Notes: a model not told the origin generated them from the letters alone. A stretch of 64,000 bases of DNA from Octopus vulgaris (GCA_951406725.2 OX597840.1:19592001-19656000), one strand, 5' to 3'. Positions 27,543-43,065 are shown, numbered from the stretch's first letter. Translations and numbers: made by a program.

Positions 27543-27879
27543 ATTTTAATATAACATGAAAATCGAAGGTATATTTTACATAAGATGAAAAAGAACGCAT
27601 TTATGGGAAAATATGAGTTACTCATGCAGGAAATGAGATTCGTGAATAGTTTTTCATGGTCTCTAAATTTATATCGTCACAAAAGATCGTGAAGTTACGG
27701 TGTAAATAAGCCATAATTAATCCCTAATTGTCGACTAAATTTCTTCTTGGCAATCAACCACCGCCCTTTAAAAGGCTGTCTATGGATGTTGTCATCGTTT
27801 GGAGCAACAAAATCAAGGGAGTAGATCACAAGTTAATGAGTAAAGAAGTTTCCGAGACCCTCGTAGATATTATTAGATG

Positions 27880-28281
27880 CTAGCAGTATCGCCCGGTGTT
27901 GCTCGGGTTTGTAAGGGAAATAACTATACAGCATTTTTAGAGAGTTATAGCCAAAAAATAGCAAAAAAATGCATTAAAAATGGAAAAAATATGATGGTAA
28001 ATTTTATTAAAAATCGTTGACTCATCGTAGACATTTTTAGAGAGTTACTTCCCTTTAAAAAAATATGCATGAAAATGGAAAAAAATGATGGTAAATTATT
28101 TTTAAAATCGTAGACTCATCGTAGACGCGCGCTAATACCCAGAAGGGCTCGATATGAATCACGACTATAAGATACCCGGTTTTGGTTAAACTGCACCGCA
28201 AAATGTGGGAGTAGTTAGGAATCTAAATCGAAGGGGACAGACACTCACACAACTACAGTTTTATATATATATATATATAGA
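27880..28281 (-). mobile_element. Non-autonomous Helitron
   Basis: Minus strand starts TCTATATATA and ends cccgagcaacaccggg (hairpin)-cgatactg-CTAG; no TSD; the empty paralogous site shows an A|T insertion point. Confidence 0.85.
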
Positions 28282-28562
28282 TTAAACGGGTTTTAAAAAT
28301 TTGGGTTTATTACTGACGTCACTTCCATTTTCTGTCGTAGCCTTACTTAAATTCTTTTAGGACAATTCATATTCACTCATTTTTTTTTTTTTACGACATT
28401 AAACTGCATGTTATTCCCCAAACCCTATCTAGTTTCCCGAAATTTATTCAGCATTCTTTGCTGACACAGGCCATTATGGATGTTGTCATCGTTTGGAGCA
28501 ACAAAATCAAGGGAGTAGTTCACAAGTTAATGAATAAAGAAGTTTCCGAGACCCTCATAGAT

Positions 28563-28889
28563 TAAAAGACTCCGCCGGTTACGACGACGAGGGTCCCAGC
28601 TGATACGATCAACGGAACAGCTTGCTCGTGAAATTAACGTGCAAATGGCTGAGCATTCCACAGACACGTGTACCCTTAACGTAGTTCTCGGGGATAATCA
28701 GCGTGACACAGAGAGTGACAAGGCTGACCCTTTGAAATACAAGTACAACTCATTTTTGCCAGCTGAGTGGACTGGAGCAACGTGAAATAAAGTGTCTTGC
28801 TCAAGGACACAACGCGTCGCCGGGAATCGAACTCACAACCATACGATCATGAGCCGAATGCCCTAACCACTAAGCCACGCGCCCTCACT
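28563..28889 (-). mobile_element. tRNA-derived SINE, family 3, full length with TSD
   Basis: A box gtggcttagtggttaggg, B box gagttcgattcc; 11 bp TSD ccctcatagat at 28552-28562 and 28890-28900. Confidence 0.9.
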
Positions 28890-29372
28890 CCCTCATAGAT
28901 ATTATTAGATATTAAACGGGTTTTAAAAATTTGGGTTTATTACTGACGTCACTTCCGTTTTCTATCGTAGCCTTACTTAAATTCTTTTACGACAATTCAC
29001 ATTCACTCATTTTTTTTTTTTTTACGACATTAAACTGCATGTTATTCCCCAAACCCTATCTAGTTTCCGAAATTTATTCAGCATTCTTTGCTGACACAGG
29101 CCATTATTAGTCTCTGCTGTGTCTTGTGTGGCTTTTTTTCTTTGCCAAACAAAATTCTTTGCCAGGTTTAGTTACATCCGTTTAAGTTCTGCGTTCCGTC
29201 TCACATTATGAGTCAACTTTGGCTGACTTTCGTCCTCCCAGCGCTGAAATATAAACAACATTTATTTTATTTCGTTTGACAATTGGGTGAAAAAGTATGG
29301 AACGAAGTCGAAGACATAATTGAGAATAGAAGCTACATCCGTATTATTTAATAATACTGTTTGTAACCTTCA

Positions 29373-30060
29373 TAGCGGCGAGCTGGTAGAATCGGGGCGA
29401 AATGCTTAGCGGTATTTCGTCTTTTATGTTCTGAGTTCAAATTCCGCTGAGGTCGACTTTGACTTTCATCCTTTCGAGGTCGATAAATTAAATACCAGTT
29501 ACGCATTGGGGCCGATATAATCGACTTAATCCGTTTGTCTGTCCTTGTTTGTCCCCTCTGTGTGTAGCCTCTTGTGGGTAATAAAGAAATAGGCATTTTG
29601 TCTGCCGTTTGTTCTGAGTTCATATTCCGCAGAGGTCGACTTTGCCTTTCATCCTTTCGGGGTCGATAAATTAAATACCAGTTACGCACTGGGGTCGATG
29701 TAATCGACTGGCCCCTTCCCTCAAAGTTTCGGGCTTTGTGCCGAGAGTAGAAAAGAATACTTTTTGTACGCTTCAAAGCGGTTAGCTAGTAGAATCGTTG
29801 GCGCGTCGAACAAAATGCTTGGCGGCATTTCGTCCGTTTTTATGTTCTGAGTTCAAATTCTGCCAAGGTAGACTTTGCCTTTCATCTTTCGAGGCGGATA
29901 AAATAAGTACCATTTGAGTCCTGGGGGTCAATATAATCAACTTACCCCCCCTCACTCCCAAATTCCCGGCCTTCTGCCAAGATTTGAAATCAACATCATT
30001 TCTAAGGTGTAAGGTGTGGCGTTTCGCCCATCTTGACGTTCTGAGTTTAAATTCCGCCGT
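29373..30060 (+). mobile_element. Cluster of SINE family 2 copies
   Basis: Same head and body as 3997-4592; modular copy at 29373-29760 followed by diverged copies. Confidence 0.8.
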
Positions 30061-30384
30061 ATGTACTAAGTAGACTGGACAGCCACGGCTGGAGTGAGTA
30101 CCTTAATTTCTTTTATCATCTGTCAGATCCATCTACAGAAACCCCACACCGCTACCACCAGCGCCACCACCACCAGTATCACCACCACAACCACCACAGC
30201 CGTCGCCACCGCCGCCGCCGCCACCAGACGGACCTGGTTTCAATTTAATGTAAACCATCTCAGTTTTATCAATTTGAAATTTCACACCAACAATATTTAT
30301 GTTCAAATCTCCCCCAAAAAATAATAATTATGTAATATTTACACCTTTCCCCTTCCCCCATCTCTCCTAGATATATTCGAGTGT

Positions 30385-30634
<250 letters not shown>

Positions 30635-30758
30635 GCATATATATACATATATATTCTTATATATATATACTTATATGTACATAAATAAATGGATATATAT
30701 ACATATATATACATATATATATATATACATTTATAAATATATATATGTGTGTGTGTAC

Positions 30759-30795
<37 letters not shown>

Positions 30796-31404
30796 CATAC
30801 ATATCTACATATACATACATACATACATACATACATACATACATACATACATACATACATACATACATACATACATACATACATACATACATAGAAAACA
30901 TTAGCTTTATTCGTTTATTCAATCCTGTTATCCTTCCACCTATGTCTCCTTTAGACACACAGTATACATATCAACATGCACCTCACACACACAAATACAC
31001 TTACATAAACACATAATGTATATATATATATATACATATATACTGTTAAAGGCGCGAAATCGTAATGACTTTTGGACGAAGAGCATGTCGACGTTTGAGT
31101 GCGATTTTTATCGGTCTTCTATGAATTTCTTAAATTTTATATATACACATATATTATAGTAGATAATATATATCATGAATATATACGGACTATATATAAA
31201 TATTTATATAGATATAAATATAAACTATGTATATCTGCGTGTTTATAGATTTCTGGATAAGTTTGAAATAAAGTTACATTTGAATATTTGTTAAACAAGC
31301 ATTACACTTTGTGTAATATAGTGTAATATGCATGTAAGCATGCACGCCGATATGCGTACATGCATATCATACATATACATCTTTGCAGCCTTCTGTCTGA
31401 CTAT

Positions 31405-31436
<32 letters not shown>

Positions 31437-31496
31437 TCATACATACATGCACAAAATCACTAACACATATATACATGCATATATACAAACCTATAA

Positions 31497-31565
<69 letters not shown>

Positions 31566-31574
31566 CATATATGT

Positions 31575-31620
<46 letters not shown>

Positions 31621-32032
31621 ATATATATATGATTGATATATATATATGATATATATATATATATATATACATATATACATATATATGTATGTGTGTGTAT
31701 ATATAAGTATATATACATATATACATATATACATATATGTGTGTATGTGTGTGCGTAGGTGCAGGTGTGGCTGATGTTGGTGTGTTTTCGTCCCTGTAAT
31801 TAGCAGTTCTGCAAAAGATACCGATAAAATATGTACTAGGCTTACAAAGAATAAGTCCTGGGGTCGATTTCATTGACTAAAAAGGCGATGCTACAGCATG
31901 GTCGCAGTCATATTGACTGAAACAAGAAAATGAAAAGGAACAGAAAGAAGAATATATACATACATATATATATATATATATGTATGTATGTATATGTATA
32001 TGTATGTATGTATACCGATGCTTTCACCTATC

Positions 32033-32064
<32 letters not shown>

Positions 32065-32326
32065 ACTGTCACATGTCACTTGATAAGTGTCGACGTGAAG
32101 CGGAGAATTAACAAGCAATCAGGCTTTAATTAACAACCTACAATTAGTCGGAATATCCATCCTGTTCCATGACATACATCTATGGGGGCACAACCACACA
32201 CACACATACTTACACATACACACACACATCTATATATAAAAGAATGTACATATATGTGTATTTTCCCATCTATGCTAGTGTGTGTGCGTACATATGCATA
32301 TACAATTATTTCAATTTATACATATA

Positions 32327-32432
<106 letters not shown>

Positions 32433-32505
32433 ACGCCATGATAGATCGTTAGCTCCTGCACGCATTTTTTCTCTCCTTTCTTTCCTTGTTTTTTTTTCTG
32501 TGTCC

Positions 32506-32541
32506 CTTTCTGTAGAAGAGCGTAGGCTCGAAACGTAAAAG
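32506..32541 (+). ncRNA. Minimal hammerhead-like motif with non-canonical core (CUGUAGA)
   Basis: cttt CTGTAGA a gagc-gtag-gctc GAAA cg TA aaag; stems I and II perfect; lies in a ~200 bp element (32430-32632) flanked by (TA)n. Confidence 0.6.
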
Positions 32542-32631
32542 ACTTTTTCTACTCCTGAACGTTATACTAATACATCTGTTTGTTTTGTACACCACCTGTC
32601 TTCATCTTTTGTTTATTTCGTAAACTTTCCC

Positions 32632-32727
<96 letters not shown>

Positions 32728-32858
32728 TGTATGTATATTGTCGTATTTAGGAATGGTCATTTTGCCAGTTTAGCCAATAAAACACACGCACTATATATTT
32801 TGGTGTTACTTTGCTTTAGCGTTATTTATTTTTTACATTAATCTTAATCTTATTTCGG

Positions 32859-32898
32859 CCAGAGTTCTTTCGTCACACTCCTGTGACCTCATCAGTGA
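32859..32898 (-). ncRNA. Minimal hammerhead motif, stem I short or truncated
   Basis: tca CTGATGA g gtcaca-ggag-tgtgac GAAA gaac TC tgg. Confidence 0.62.
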
Positions 32899-33494
32899 AT
32901 GTGTATATCTGTATGCGCTTCTGTTCATGTGTGTCTGTTCATAATAATGCGTCTCTGTATAGCTTTCCACATATTTGTGTGTGTGTGTGACTCTGTGTGT
33001 TTGTGTGTGTAACTCTGTGTGTGAGTGTGACTCTGTGTGTGTGTGCGTGACTATGTGTGTGCGTGACTATGTGTGTGCGTGAATCTGTGTGAGTGTGTGA
33101 CTGTGTGTGTGACTCTGTGTGTGTGTGTGTATGTGCGTGACTCTGTGAGTGTGTGACTGTGTGTGTGTATGACGACTGTGTGTATGTGACTCTGTGCGTG
33201 TGTGTATGTAACTCTGTGTGTGTGTGTACTCTGTGTGTGTGTGACTCTGTGGATGTGTGTGTGTGTGTGTGTGTGTCTATGGATGAGAGTCTATTTACAT
33301 CCTCATGTCACACGAATCACTGAGTTTCCGTATGCGAACGCTTACAAATATTTTGATTTTAGATGTGCGTGTGTGTATTTAGGTGTGTGTATCTGTGCTT
33401 ATGTGTATACGTGCGAATATATCTACGTATATATATGCATATATATGTATGTTTATGTGTGTGTATGTGTATTTATGTATATGTATGTCTATAC

Positions 33495-33610
<116 letters not shown>

Positions 33611-33676
33611 GTATGTATGTATTTGACTGTGCGTGTGTGCATTCAGAGAAAGGATTAAGGAAATGAAAACGAATGC

Positions 33677-33745
<69 letters not shown>

Positions 33746-34792
33746 ATATTTACACTCGCACACACACACACTTATATATAGAAACACACAAGCATGCACA
33801 CACATACACAAACACATACACATAGAAATGCATATACGCACGCACACCTGCACACTCGCGGACACACACACACTCATAGAAACACACACACACATCCACA
33901 TAAAGCACACACACACACACACACACATCCACATAAAGCACATACACACACACATCCACACACACACACACACACACTCATGCACACACACGCACACACA
34001 TCCACATAAGACACACACACACACACACACACATCCACACACACACACACACGCACACACAAACACGCATATATAGAAACACGTAGGAACAAACACGCAC
34101 GTACACACACACACACACACACGTAGAGAAACACACACATGCTCACGCGTACGCACACACATGTATAGAAACACATACGCATAAACACACACACACACAC
34201 ACACACACACCACGCGCACCGAACAAATTCCCGTGCACGTGTACTTTGGCGCCCTCATTCCAAAAGCCTCGACCACAGAGCAAAGAATGTTTTTCCGTCA
34301 GAGAGAAAAAAACACAGGAAAAAAAAATGAAAAAATAAAAAACAAAAACAAAAGGTCAGACGGTGACGTAATTCTAGAGTTACGTCCCTTACTCCGTCTG
34401 GCTGAAAAAGCCTTCTTCCTCGCCAACCTCGATTCCTACTTAAAAAACGAGAGGTTTTTGTAGTGTTAGTGGCAGTGGTGGTGGTGGTGTTTGTGGGTCC
34501 TGTGACGCAACTATTTGGTCCCGAATGTTCTGTGATTTAAGGTCAAGCCCCTGGATACATAGGAGTCTATTTTTTTCTTTTTAATATTTTATGATTGTGT
34601 GATAATAGTTGTAGCCATTTTTGGGGGGATTGTTTGTGTAAATCGCTTTTTTTCGGTCTATCATCGCTCTATTAAAAATATCTCTGGGGTTTTTTTACCT
34701 GTTTTTGTTGAGATGTTTGTGTCTGTTTGGCTGCTTGCGAGGAGCTTGTGTTTGTTTTGTGTGTGTGTGTGAATGTATGTATTTATACATAC

Positions 34793-34850
<58 letters not shown>

Positions 34851-35106
34851 AATAAAAAATATAAATAAAAATAAAAATAAATAGTTAAATAAAATAATAA
34901 TAAAAATATATATATATTTATAATTTATAAGTTTAAATTATTTATTTAAATAATTTTTTTAAATTTTAAATTTAATTTAAATATTTTAATTGGATTTTTA
35001 TATTTTATATTTTATATTTTTTATATATTTTTTAATAATTTTATTTCTATGTATTGGCTTAAGATTTTCACTGTTTGATTTGCCTAATAGTGGTTTTATC
35101 GCTAAT

Positions 35107-35159
<53 letters not shown>

Positions 35160-35414
35160 CAGACGTTTCATACATGTATGTATCTCTCTTTCTATCTGTT
35201 TATCTATTTATCTATCATTTTCTCTCTCCCTCTCTATCTATCTATCTATTTATGTGTGTAAAGAGAGAAGGAGAGAGAGAGAGTGGACGGAGAAAGAGAG
35301 AGAAAAAAGACAGCTAAATATACCTAAATATTCCTATATATATGTATATATGTGTGTATATATATATGTGTGTGTGTGTGTATATATATGTGTGTATATA
35401 TATGTATGTATATA

Positions 35415-35478
<64 letters not shown>

Positions 35479-35733
35479 TATGTATATATATATATATATA
35501 ATATATATGTATATATATATATACATATATATAGAAAGAGAGAGTGGGAGAAAGACAAACAGACAGACATAGATAAATATTTGAGAACTCTTATGTACAT
35601 GCTAAATATATTTGCCTGTGTATGTATGCATGCATACATATATGTATGTATATATATATATATATATATTTGTCTGTGTTCCGTGTTCGTCCCTTCCTGT
35701 GTTTCACGTTCATTATATATAAAAACATTCATT

Positions 35734-35860
<127 letters not shown>

Positions 35861-35865
35861 GTATG

Positions 35866-36018
<153 letters not shown>

Positions 36019-36083
36019 TGTTTGTATTTGGTTTGCAAGATTCTTTGTGTGAATTCGTGTGTTGAATCATATTTTATTATGTC

Positions 36084-36198
36084 TGGGGAGAGTCATTCTC
36101 CTTTTGTGCCTTATTATTTAATACACTCACCGGTTCGATTTCCGCTGAGCCAGTGAGTGTGTTAAATAATAAGGCTCTAAAAGCGAATGACTCTCCCC
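36084..36198. repeat. Imperfect inverted repeat (~50 bp arms)
   Basis: ggggagagtcattc...ccttattatttaatacactcac / gtgagtgtgttaaataataagg...gaatgactctcccc. Confidence 0.85.
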
Positions 36199-36681
36199 TG
36201 GCACAACAATATACATGCGCGCGCGTGCGTGTGTGTGTACACACCCAAAACCATGCTGATAGCTCAGGAGTGAAATTTAGGATCTCGGTTTTCTGTGAAT
36301 CGATTTTGATAAAACTCTTCCCAGCTGGTTTGCACCCCATGGCAACACTATTGTTATGTTTTCGTTATTCTGTGTAACGGCCTTTCTTTTTTATATCAAA
36401 TTCTTCAGTTTTTGGACGAACCACACTAATAGCTTTTGAATGAAAATAGCCCATCTAGACAATGTTTTTCAGAAAACGAAGGGCAATGATACATATTAAG
36501 CAAGGCGTCGATGCTTCCTAGGGCTAAACAGTGGTGGTGTAATTCCCTTTACGGGACTGTCACGTTAAGTTGACAGTATACAACCACTCTATCGCTCAAC
36601 CACCGTACATATCTCTATGAGATATTTAGAAATCTAATATTTCTGACATAATAATATTATAACATTTATTGACTTTATGAA

Positions 36682-37520
36682 TTATTTAGCTACATGAGTA
36701 CCATTTCGACGGATAACTTCAAAAATTCTATTAGTCATGGAATCTGTCAATTCCTTAATAGCAGCGGGTTGGACTGCCTCTGCTGCAGCTTTGATGGTCG
36801 GCCATAAAACATCTTTTGGCGTAAATTGGCGTCTATCGGCATAAACATCTTGTTTAATGATGGATCAAAGATTCTTGATAGGGTTGAGATCCGGAGATGC
36901 TAGCGGCCACACCGTCAACCCTTCACCTTGTATGTCGTAAGACCCTAGGAATGTTTGGGTGGTCCTGGCAGAGTGGGAGGGAGCGTTGTCATGCATGAAT
37001 ACGAGATTCCTTAGAAGTGACAGTAGTATGTCATCTCGGCAGGGATCCAAGACCTCCTTCAGGAGATTGCAGTAGGCGGCCGCGGTCACTTTAACCCCTT
37101 CAGGCTCACCCTGACTAGACCAACAAGTCCTGTCCTTAATGATACCAGCCCAAAACTTGAATCCTCCACCATATCGTTTACGTTGTAAACGTTGGTGACA
37201 CTCATCTTCAAAATAGACCCGAACATTTGCCCAACCGTCATGTCCGTCAAGGGTGGCCCTGGTTTCGTCAGTGAACAGAACACAACTCATGTCAAACGTC
37301 ATGTACTTTTTTGGGCCCATTGAAGCCTCAAACTCCTATAACGAGGCGTTAAAGGAGGCAATCTCAGGGGTTCTTGTACGGAAGCCATGGTGCCGAGGAT
37401 GCGATTTCTGGTGTTTTCGGTACATGAAGAAGTCCGGAGGCGGTGAAAATAGCTTTGCTTATTTACCCAGATTTCCCACGTAACTTACGGCCAATATTCC
37501 TTAAATTCCTAGCTGTCACA
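36682..37520 (-). pseudogene. Tc1/mariner transposase remnant with DD37E (TRT-like) spacing
   Basis: VLFTDE...WAGI...FMHDNAPSH...WPLASPDLNPIKNL*; 37 residues lie between the second D and the E position (now K); the reading continues past the stop as SIIKQDVY...RNGTHVAK*. Confidence 0.85.
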
Positions 37521-37809
37521 GTCTTGGAGGTCCCACAATCGGAATTTATTTTCATATCCTCCTGGACATAATGAGTCACAACAAATATCATTCACGAGGA
37601 ACATTTTCTCCCATCAGCGTCAAGCCTATATCTCTCCGATGACTACATACCTGATTTATAGACTCATTGCATAGGATATCCCAGAAACTTTACACGTTTC
37701 TACTATTTTTACCATTCGTTACGGAGCTAAGTTTTTAGAGTGAATTCAATGAAATCAAATGCCCTTGTCCTGCCTTGACTAACTGTCTGACTTTCCTGAC
37801 CATTTTAAC

Positions 37810-37900
<91 letters not shown>

Positions 37901-38017
37901 CCTGTGTGTCTGTTTATCTATCTATTTATCTATATTTATCTCCCTAGCCATTCATCTGTATATCTATCTGTCTATCTAATTATCTATATATCTATCTATC
38001 TAGACAGACAGACAGAC

Positions 38018-38232
<215 letters not shown>

Positions 38233-38235
38233 TAT

Positions 38236-38308
<73 letters not shown>

Positions 38309-38621
38309 CACTGACAGACAGGCAGCGACAGAAAGACAGAGAGAGAGAGAGACAGAGAGAGTGAGAGAGAGAGACCGATGGTGACATATAATCTCAGTTA
38401 ATTGAGAATTTTTCTAAGTACGCCATTAAGCACATCGACCTCAGCCACCACCACTGCCGCCACAACTCATTTATACAAACAAGACAAATAAGTTTGTGTG
38501 AATGCATTTGATGAACGGAACATTAAATAAGTTTAACTGGAAAAAAAGAAGGAGCTAAACCATGTGGAAATGAGTAAATTAACAAATGACTAATGTTCTT
38601 CTCTTATAAGACAGACACGTA

Positions 38622-38658
<37 letters not shown>

Positions 38659-38866
38659 ACTTTTAGAATATTTTTTGTTGTTTTTCAGTTTTAAATTACA
38701 TTTTCCTCTTAAGTGTTTAGAAATTCGGTCTTCTTGGTATTCGATGTTTGGAGATTTCGATATTCGTGTTTGTCGGTCAATTGGAAATTCGATTTTCTCG
38801 TCTCTGTCCTACTTGCTTATGGTCTTGTAATCAGCACCTTATATAAATATATATATATATATATAC

Positions 38867-39340
<474 letters not shown>

Positions 39341-39449
39341 TATAAGTTGTTTATGATTCTAACCTTTAAAGGTATTTTAATATGTTGCCACTTTTTCTTG
39401 ATGAAATTTTTTTTCTGTAAAAAACTTCATCCTATATTAGTAGTAGTGC

Positions 39450-39599
<150 letters not shown>

Positions 39600-39650
39600 G
39601 TTTAGGAAGAAATGGAGCTGAACGAAGATTTAACAAAATTCCTTTTTATT

Positions 39651-39736
39651 ATTTTCTACATATGTTTCAAAGGCTGCAAAGTCCCTAATTCGGATTGAAT
39701 AAGGAGTCCATTTTGCAGCCTTCTCTTCAGGAAAAT
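39651..39736 (-). ncRNA. Type I hammerhead ribozyme (inverted copy)
   Basis: Reverse complement of 39817-39902. Confidence 0.8.
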
Positions 39737-39816
39737 CCAGGATTTATCCCATGGGCTCCTCGTGAGCGTTTGTCGAAAAGCTTGCTGTGCATTTTGTTGG
39801 AGAATTAAGTTCCTGG

Positions 39817-39902
39817 ATTTTCCTGAAGAGAAGGCTGCAAAATGGACTCCTTATTCAATCCGAATTAGGGACTTTGCAGCCTTTGAAACATATGTAGAAA
39901 AT
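39817..39902 (+). ncRNA. Type I hammerhead ribozyme
   Basis: attttc CTGAAGA gaaggctgcaaa...tttgcagccttt GAAA catatg TA gaaaat: 6 bp stem I, 12 bp stem II, ACATATGT palindrome, GUA triplet. Confidence 0.85.
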
Positions 39903-40507
39903 AATAAAAAGGAATTTTGTTAAATCTTCGTTCAGCTCCATTTCTTCCTAAACTAAATATATAAAACTTCAAATTTCCGCACCAAGGCACGGGTTTGAGA
40001 CCCCATGGTCGTAACCTCAACCGTGATTTTTCTGTTGTGATTTTTGCTACCCAGGTATCGGTTATCATTTGAATAATCCGTAATAAGATAATTCATTTAT
40101 CTACTTCAATATATATATATATTATCGCCTTACCTGTTGAAAAATAGATGCTTCAATGAAACATATGTAGTTCACCTTGATACGAAAAAAGCTGTAAGCG
40201 GGCGAGACGAATAGAATTTTTTTTTTTTAAATACTCTGAGTTAATAGTGGACAATAGTTTCGGGCTAAACTTACAAATTAAATAAATATATTTTTAAAAA
40301 ACTAATTTAATTCAAATTTGTCAAGTACGACTCTCTTCAGCATCATCGCTCCATATTTACGATAAATATGAATAACTTTTAAAATATTCACTTTTTTCAA
40401 CATGTAAATAGCTTATTGTTTCTATCTTCCTCTCTTCCCCTCTTTTTCTGTAATTTTCTTTGCCGCCAGGCAGAAGCATTTTGAAACTTGATAAGGAAGT
40501 TAGCTTT

Positions 40508-40562
<55 letters not shown>

Positions 40563-40565
<3 letters not shown>

Positions 40566-41035
40566 TAATAGTTATCGCCATACTAATATGGCAGTCTAAA
40601 TATAAGACTAAAGCTGTCGCTGATTAGCTCCAAGAGGCCATCGCCTCTAGCTAGCTATATGACACACGAACCTGCGTCCATTACAACCTTCGAACAGGGG
40701 AGGTCAGCCGCTTCACCTTGCTAGTCAGACATCTGCAGACATGTTTCAGGGTTGCTGCTCTTTATCAATGCAGCGTAGTCAGACTCAGCAGGTGTCGCTA
40801 CTGACCGTCTGTTCGAAGATTTTATTTACCTAGTTACAGTGGAATACATCCACTTGTTTTCAATAATAGAAATATTAAAATTACTAAGTCTCTCTAAAGG
40901 AGATTATGGCAGCGTTACTGGATATTAATAGTTATCGCCATACTAAAATGGCAGTCTTATAAATATAAGACTAAAGCTGTCGCTGATTAGCTCCAAGAGG
41001 CCATCGCCTCTAGCTAGCTATATGACACACGAACC

Positions 41036-41036
<1 letters not shown>
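40563..41036 (-). mobile_element. Second subfamily of the ~360 bp hammerhead element (1.3 tandem units)
   Basis: gttatcgccatacta at 40571 and 40931 (period 360); homologous along its length to 5211-5643; flanked by (TA)n and (TTA)n. Confidence 0.8.
40733..40773 (-). ncRNA. Minimal type I hammerhead ribozyme, U3-A8 variant core
   Basis: ctgca TTGATAA agagcagcaaccct GAAA catg TC tgcag; ACATGT palindrome; one mismatch in stem II. Confidence 0.7.
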
Positions 41037-41086
<50 letters not shown>

Positions 41087-41089
41087 GAA

Positions 41090-41120
<31 letters not shown>

Positions 41121-41165
41121 TTATTATTATTATTATTAAACTACTACTACTAATACTACTACTAC

Positions 41166-41222
<57 letters not shown>

Positions 41223-41562
41223 CATCATCATTATTATAAGGAGAAATACGCAGTTTCATTAAATTCCAATCCGACACGTGTTTCTGTTGGTCAAGTGTCC
41301 CTTGACAATGGGAATGTCTACTTTAGGTGGACATGTCCTGCAGCTAAACCAACAAAAACGCCCAAGCACTGCTAACATCGAATGGCAGCGGAAACAGGTG
41401 TCGGACTGGAATTCAATGAGAATAAAACTGTAATAAACAAACTTGTAGAATTCTTCATCCTCTTTTAGTGCGTCTTTGGTTCCGTACTGTGTATGTTGTA
41501 TGGAATCCGAGGAAGCGAATGAAGGGTTTACAGATTGAGTGAAGTTCCTTGTAGTTGTTTAT

Positions 41563-41766
41563 ACTCTTTAACTCTTTTACTTGTTTCAGTCATTTGACTG
41601 CGGCCATGCTGGAGCACCGCCTTTAATCGAGCAACTCGACCCCGGGATTTATTCTTTTGTAAGCCCAGTACTTATTCTATCGGTCTCTTTTGCACCAGCA
41701 CCGGTTGTCAAGCAATGCTAGGGGGACAAACACAGACACACAAACACAGACACACAAACACACACA

Positions 41767-41844
<78 letters not shown>

Positions 41845-42247
41845 CAGGCTTCTTTCAGTTTCCGTTTACCAAATCCACTCACAAGGCTTTGGTCGGCCCG
41901 AGGTTATAGTAGAAGACACTTGCCCAAGGTGCCATGCAGTGGGACTGAACCCGGAACCATGTGGTTGGTAAGCAAGCTACTTACCACACAGCCACTCCTG
42001 CGCCTATTATGTTTAACGATTCTGTATGTTTCCCTGTTATTCGATGTGGTTAGCCAGATCTGGATTATATACATATATATATACGACGGGCTTCTTTCGG
42101 TTTCCGTCTACCAAATCCTCTCATAAGGCTTTGGTCGGCCCAAGGCTATAGCAGAAGACACTTGCCCAAGATGCCACGCAGTGGGACTGAACCCGGAACC
42201 ATGTGGTTGGGAAGAAAACCTCTTACCACACGGCCACGCATGCGCCT
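41563..42247 (-). mobile_element. Two SINE family 1 copies (41563-42005 with an internal deletion; 42081-42247 head only)
   Basis: Family 1 sequence. Confidence 0.85.
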
Positions 42248-42641
42248 ATCCATATATGTATGATGTAATTGTTGTTGATGTTGGTGTGGTTGTTGTCATA
42301 GTTTTTGTTTCAATTATTTTTTTAATATTGTTGTTGTTGTTGTTGATGGTGTTGGTGGTGGTGATGATGGTGGTGGTGGTGGTGGTGGTGGTGGTGGTGG
42401 TGGTAATGGTGGTGGTTGTTGTTGTTGTTGTTGTTGTTGTTGTTGATGGTGTTGGTGTTGGTGGTGGTGGTGGTGGTGGTGGTGGTAATGGTGGTGGTGG
42501 TTGTTGTTGTTGTTGTTTACGTTCTCCTGTCCTCTTTCGTCATCAGAAACGAATAGATCTCAACTCGTCCTTCAGTACCAGGAATTTCCTGTGGAACACT
42601 CCTCACATCCTCCATTCTGACACCAAATGGCAGACACAGAG

Positions 42642-42677
<36 letters not shown>

Positions 42678-42795
42678 GTGTATAAACACACACATAGAAA
42701 CACATGTCTGCCAGCGTATGTATGTATGCAGTCAGGTATGCTGTGTATTATGCATTTGCATATATGTATGTATGAATATATTTGTATATATTTAC

Positions 42796-42857
<62 letters not shown>

Positions 42858-42992
42858 ATGTATATGTATATGTATATATATATAACACATATATGTATAT
42901 GTCTATATAAATATGTGTGTGTGTGTGTATGCGTAAGTGTTTGTATTAGTTATATTTTGAAGTATCTCTTAATATTGTACTATCAATACACG

Positions 42993-43049
<57 letters not shown>

Positions 43050-43065
<16 letters not shown>

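Larger units (their letters stand above)
27781..29106. repeat. Tandem duplication of a ~293 bp unit, each copy interrupted by a different TE
   Basis: tatggatgttgtcatcgtttggagc at 27781 and 28475; ttaaacgggttttaaaaatttggg...gacacaggccatta at 28282 and ~28912. Confidence 0.9.

Noticed and set aside
34845-35100. Scrambled, nearly pure A/T stretch and the 388 aa ORF starting in it
   Set aside because: Looks like a degraded or mis-called (TA)n tract; no information content
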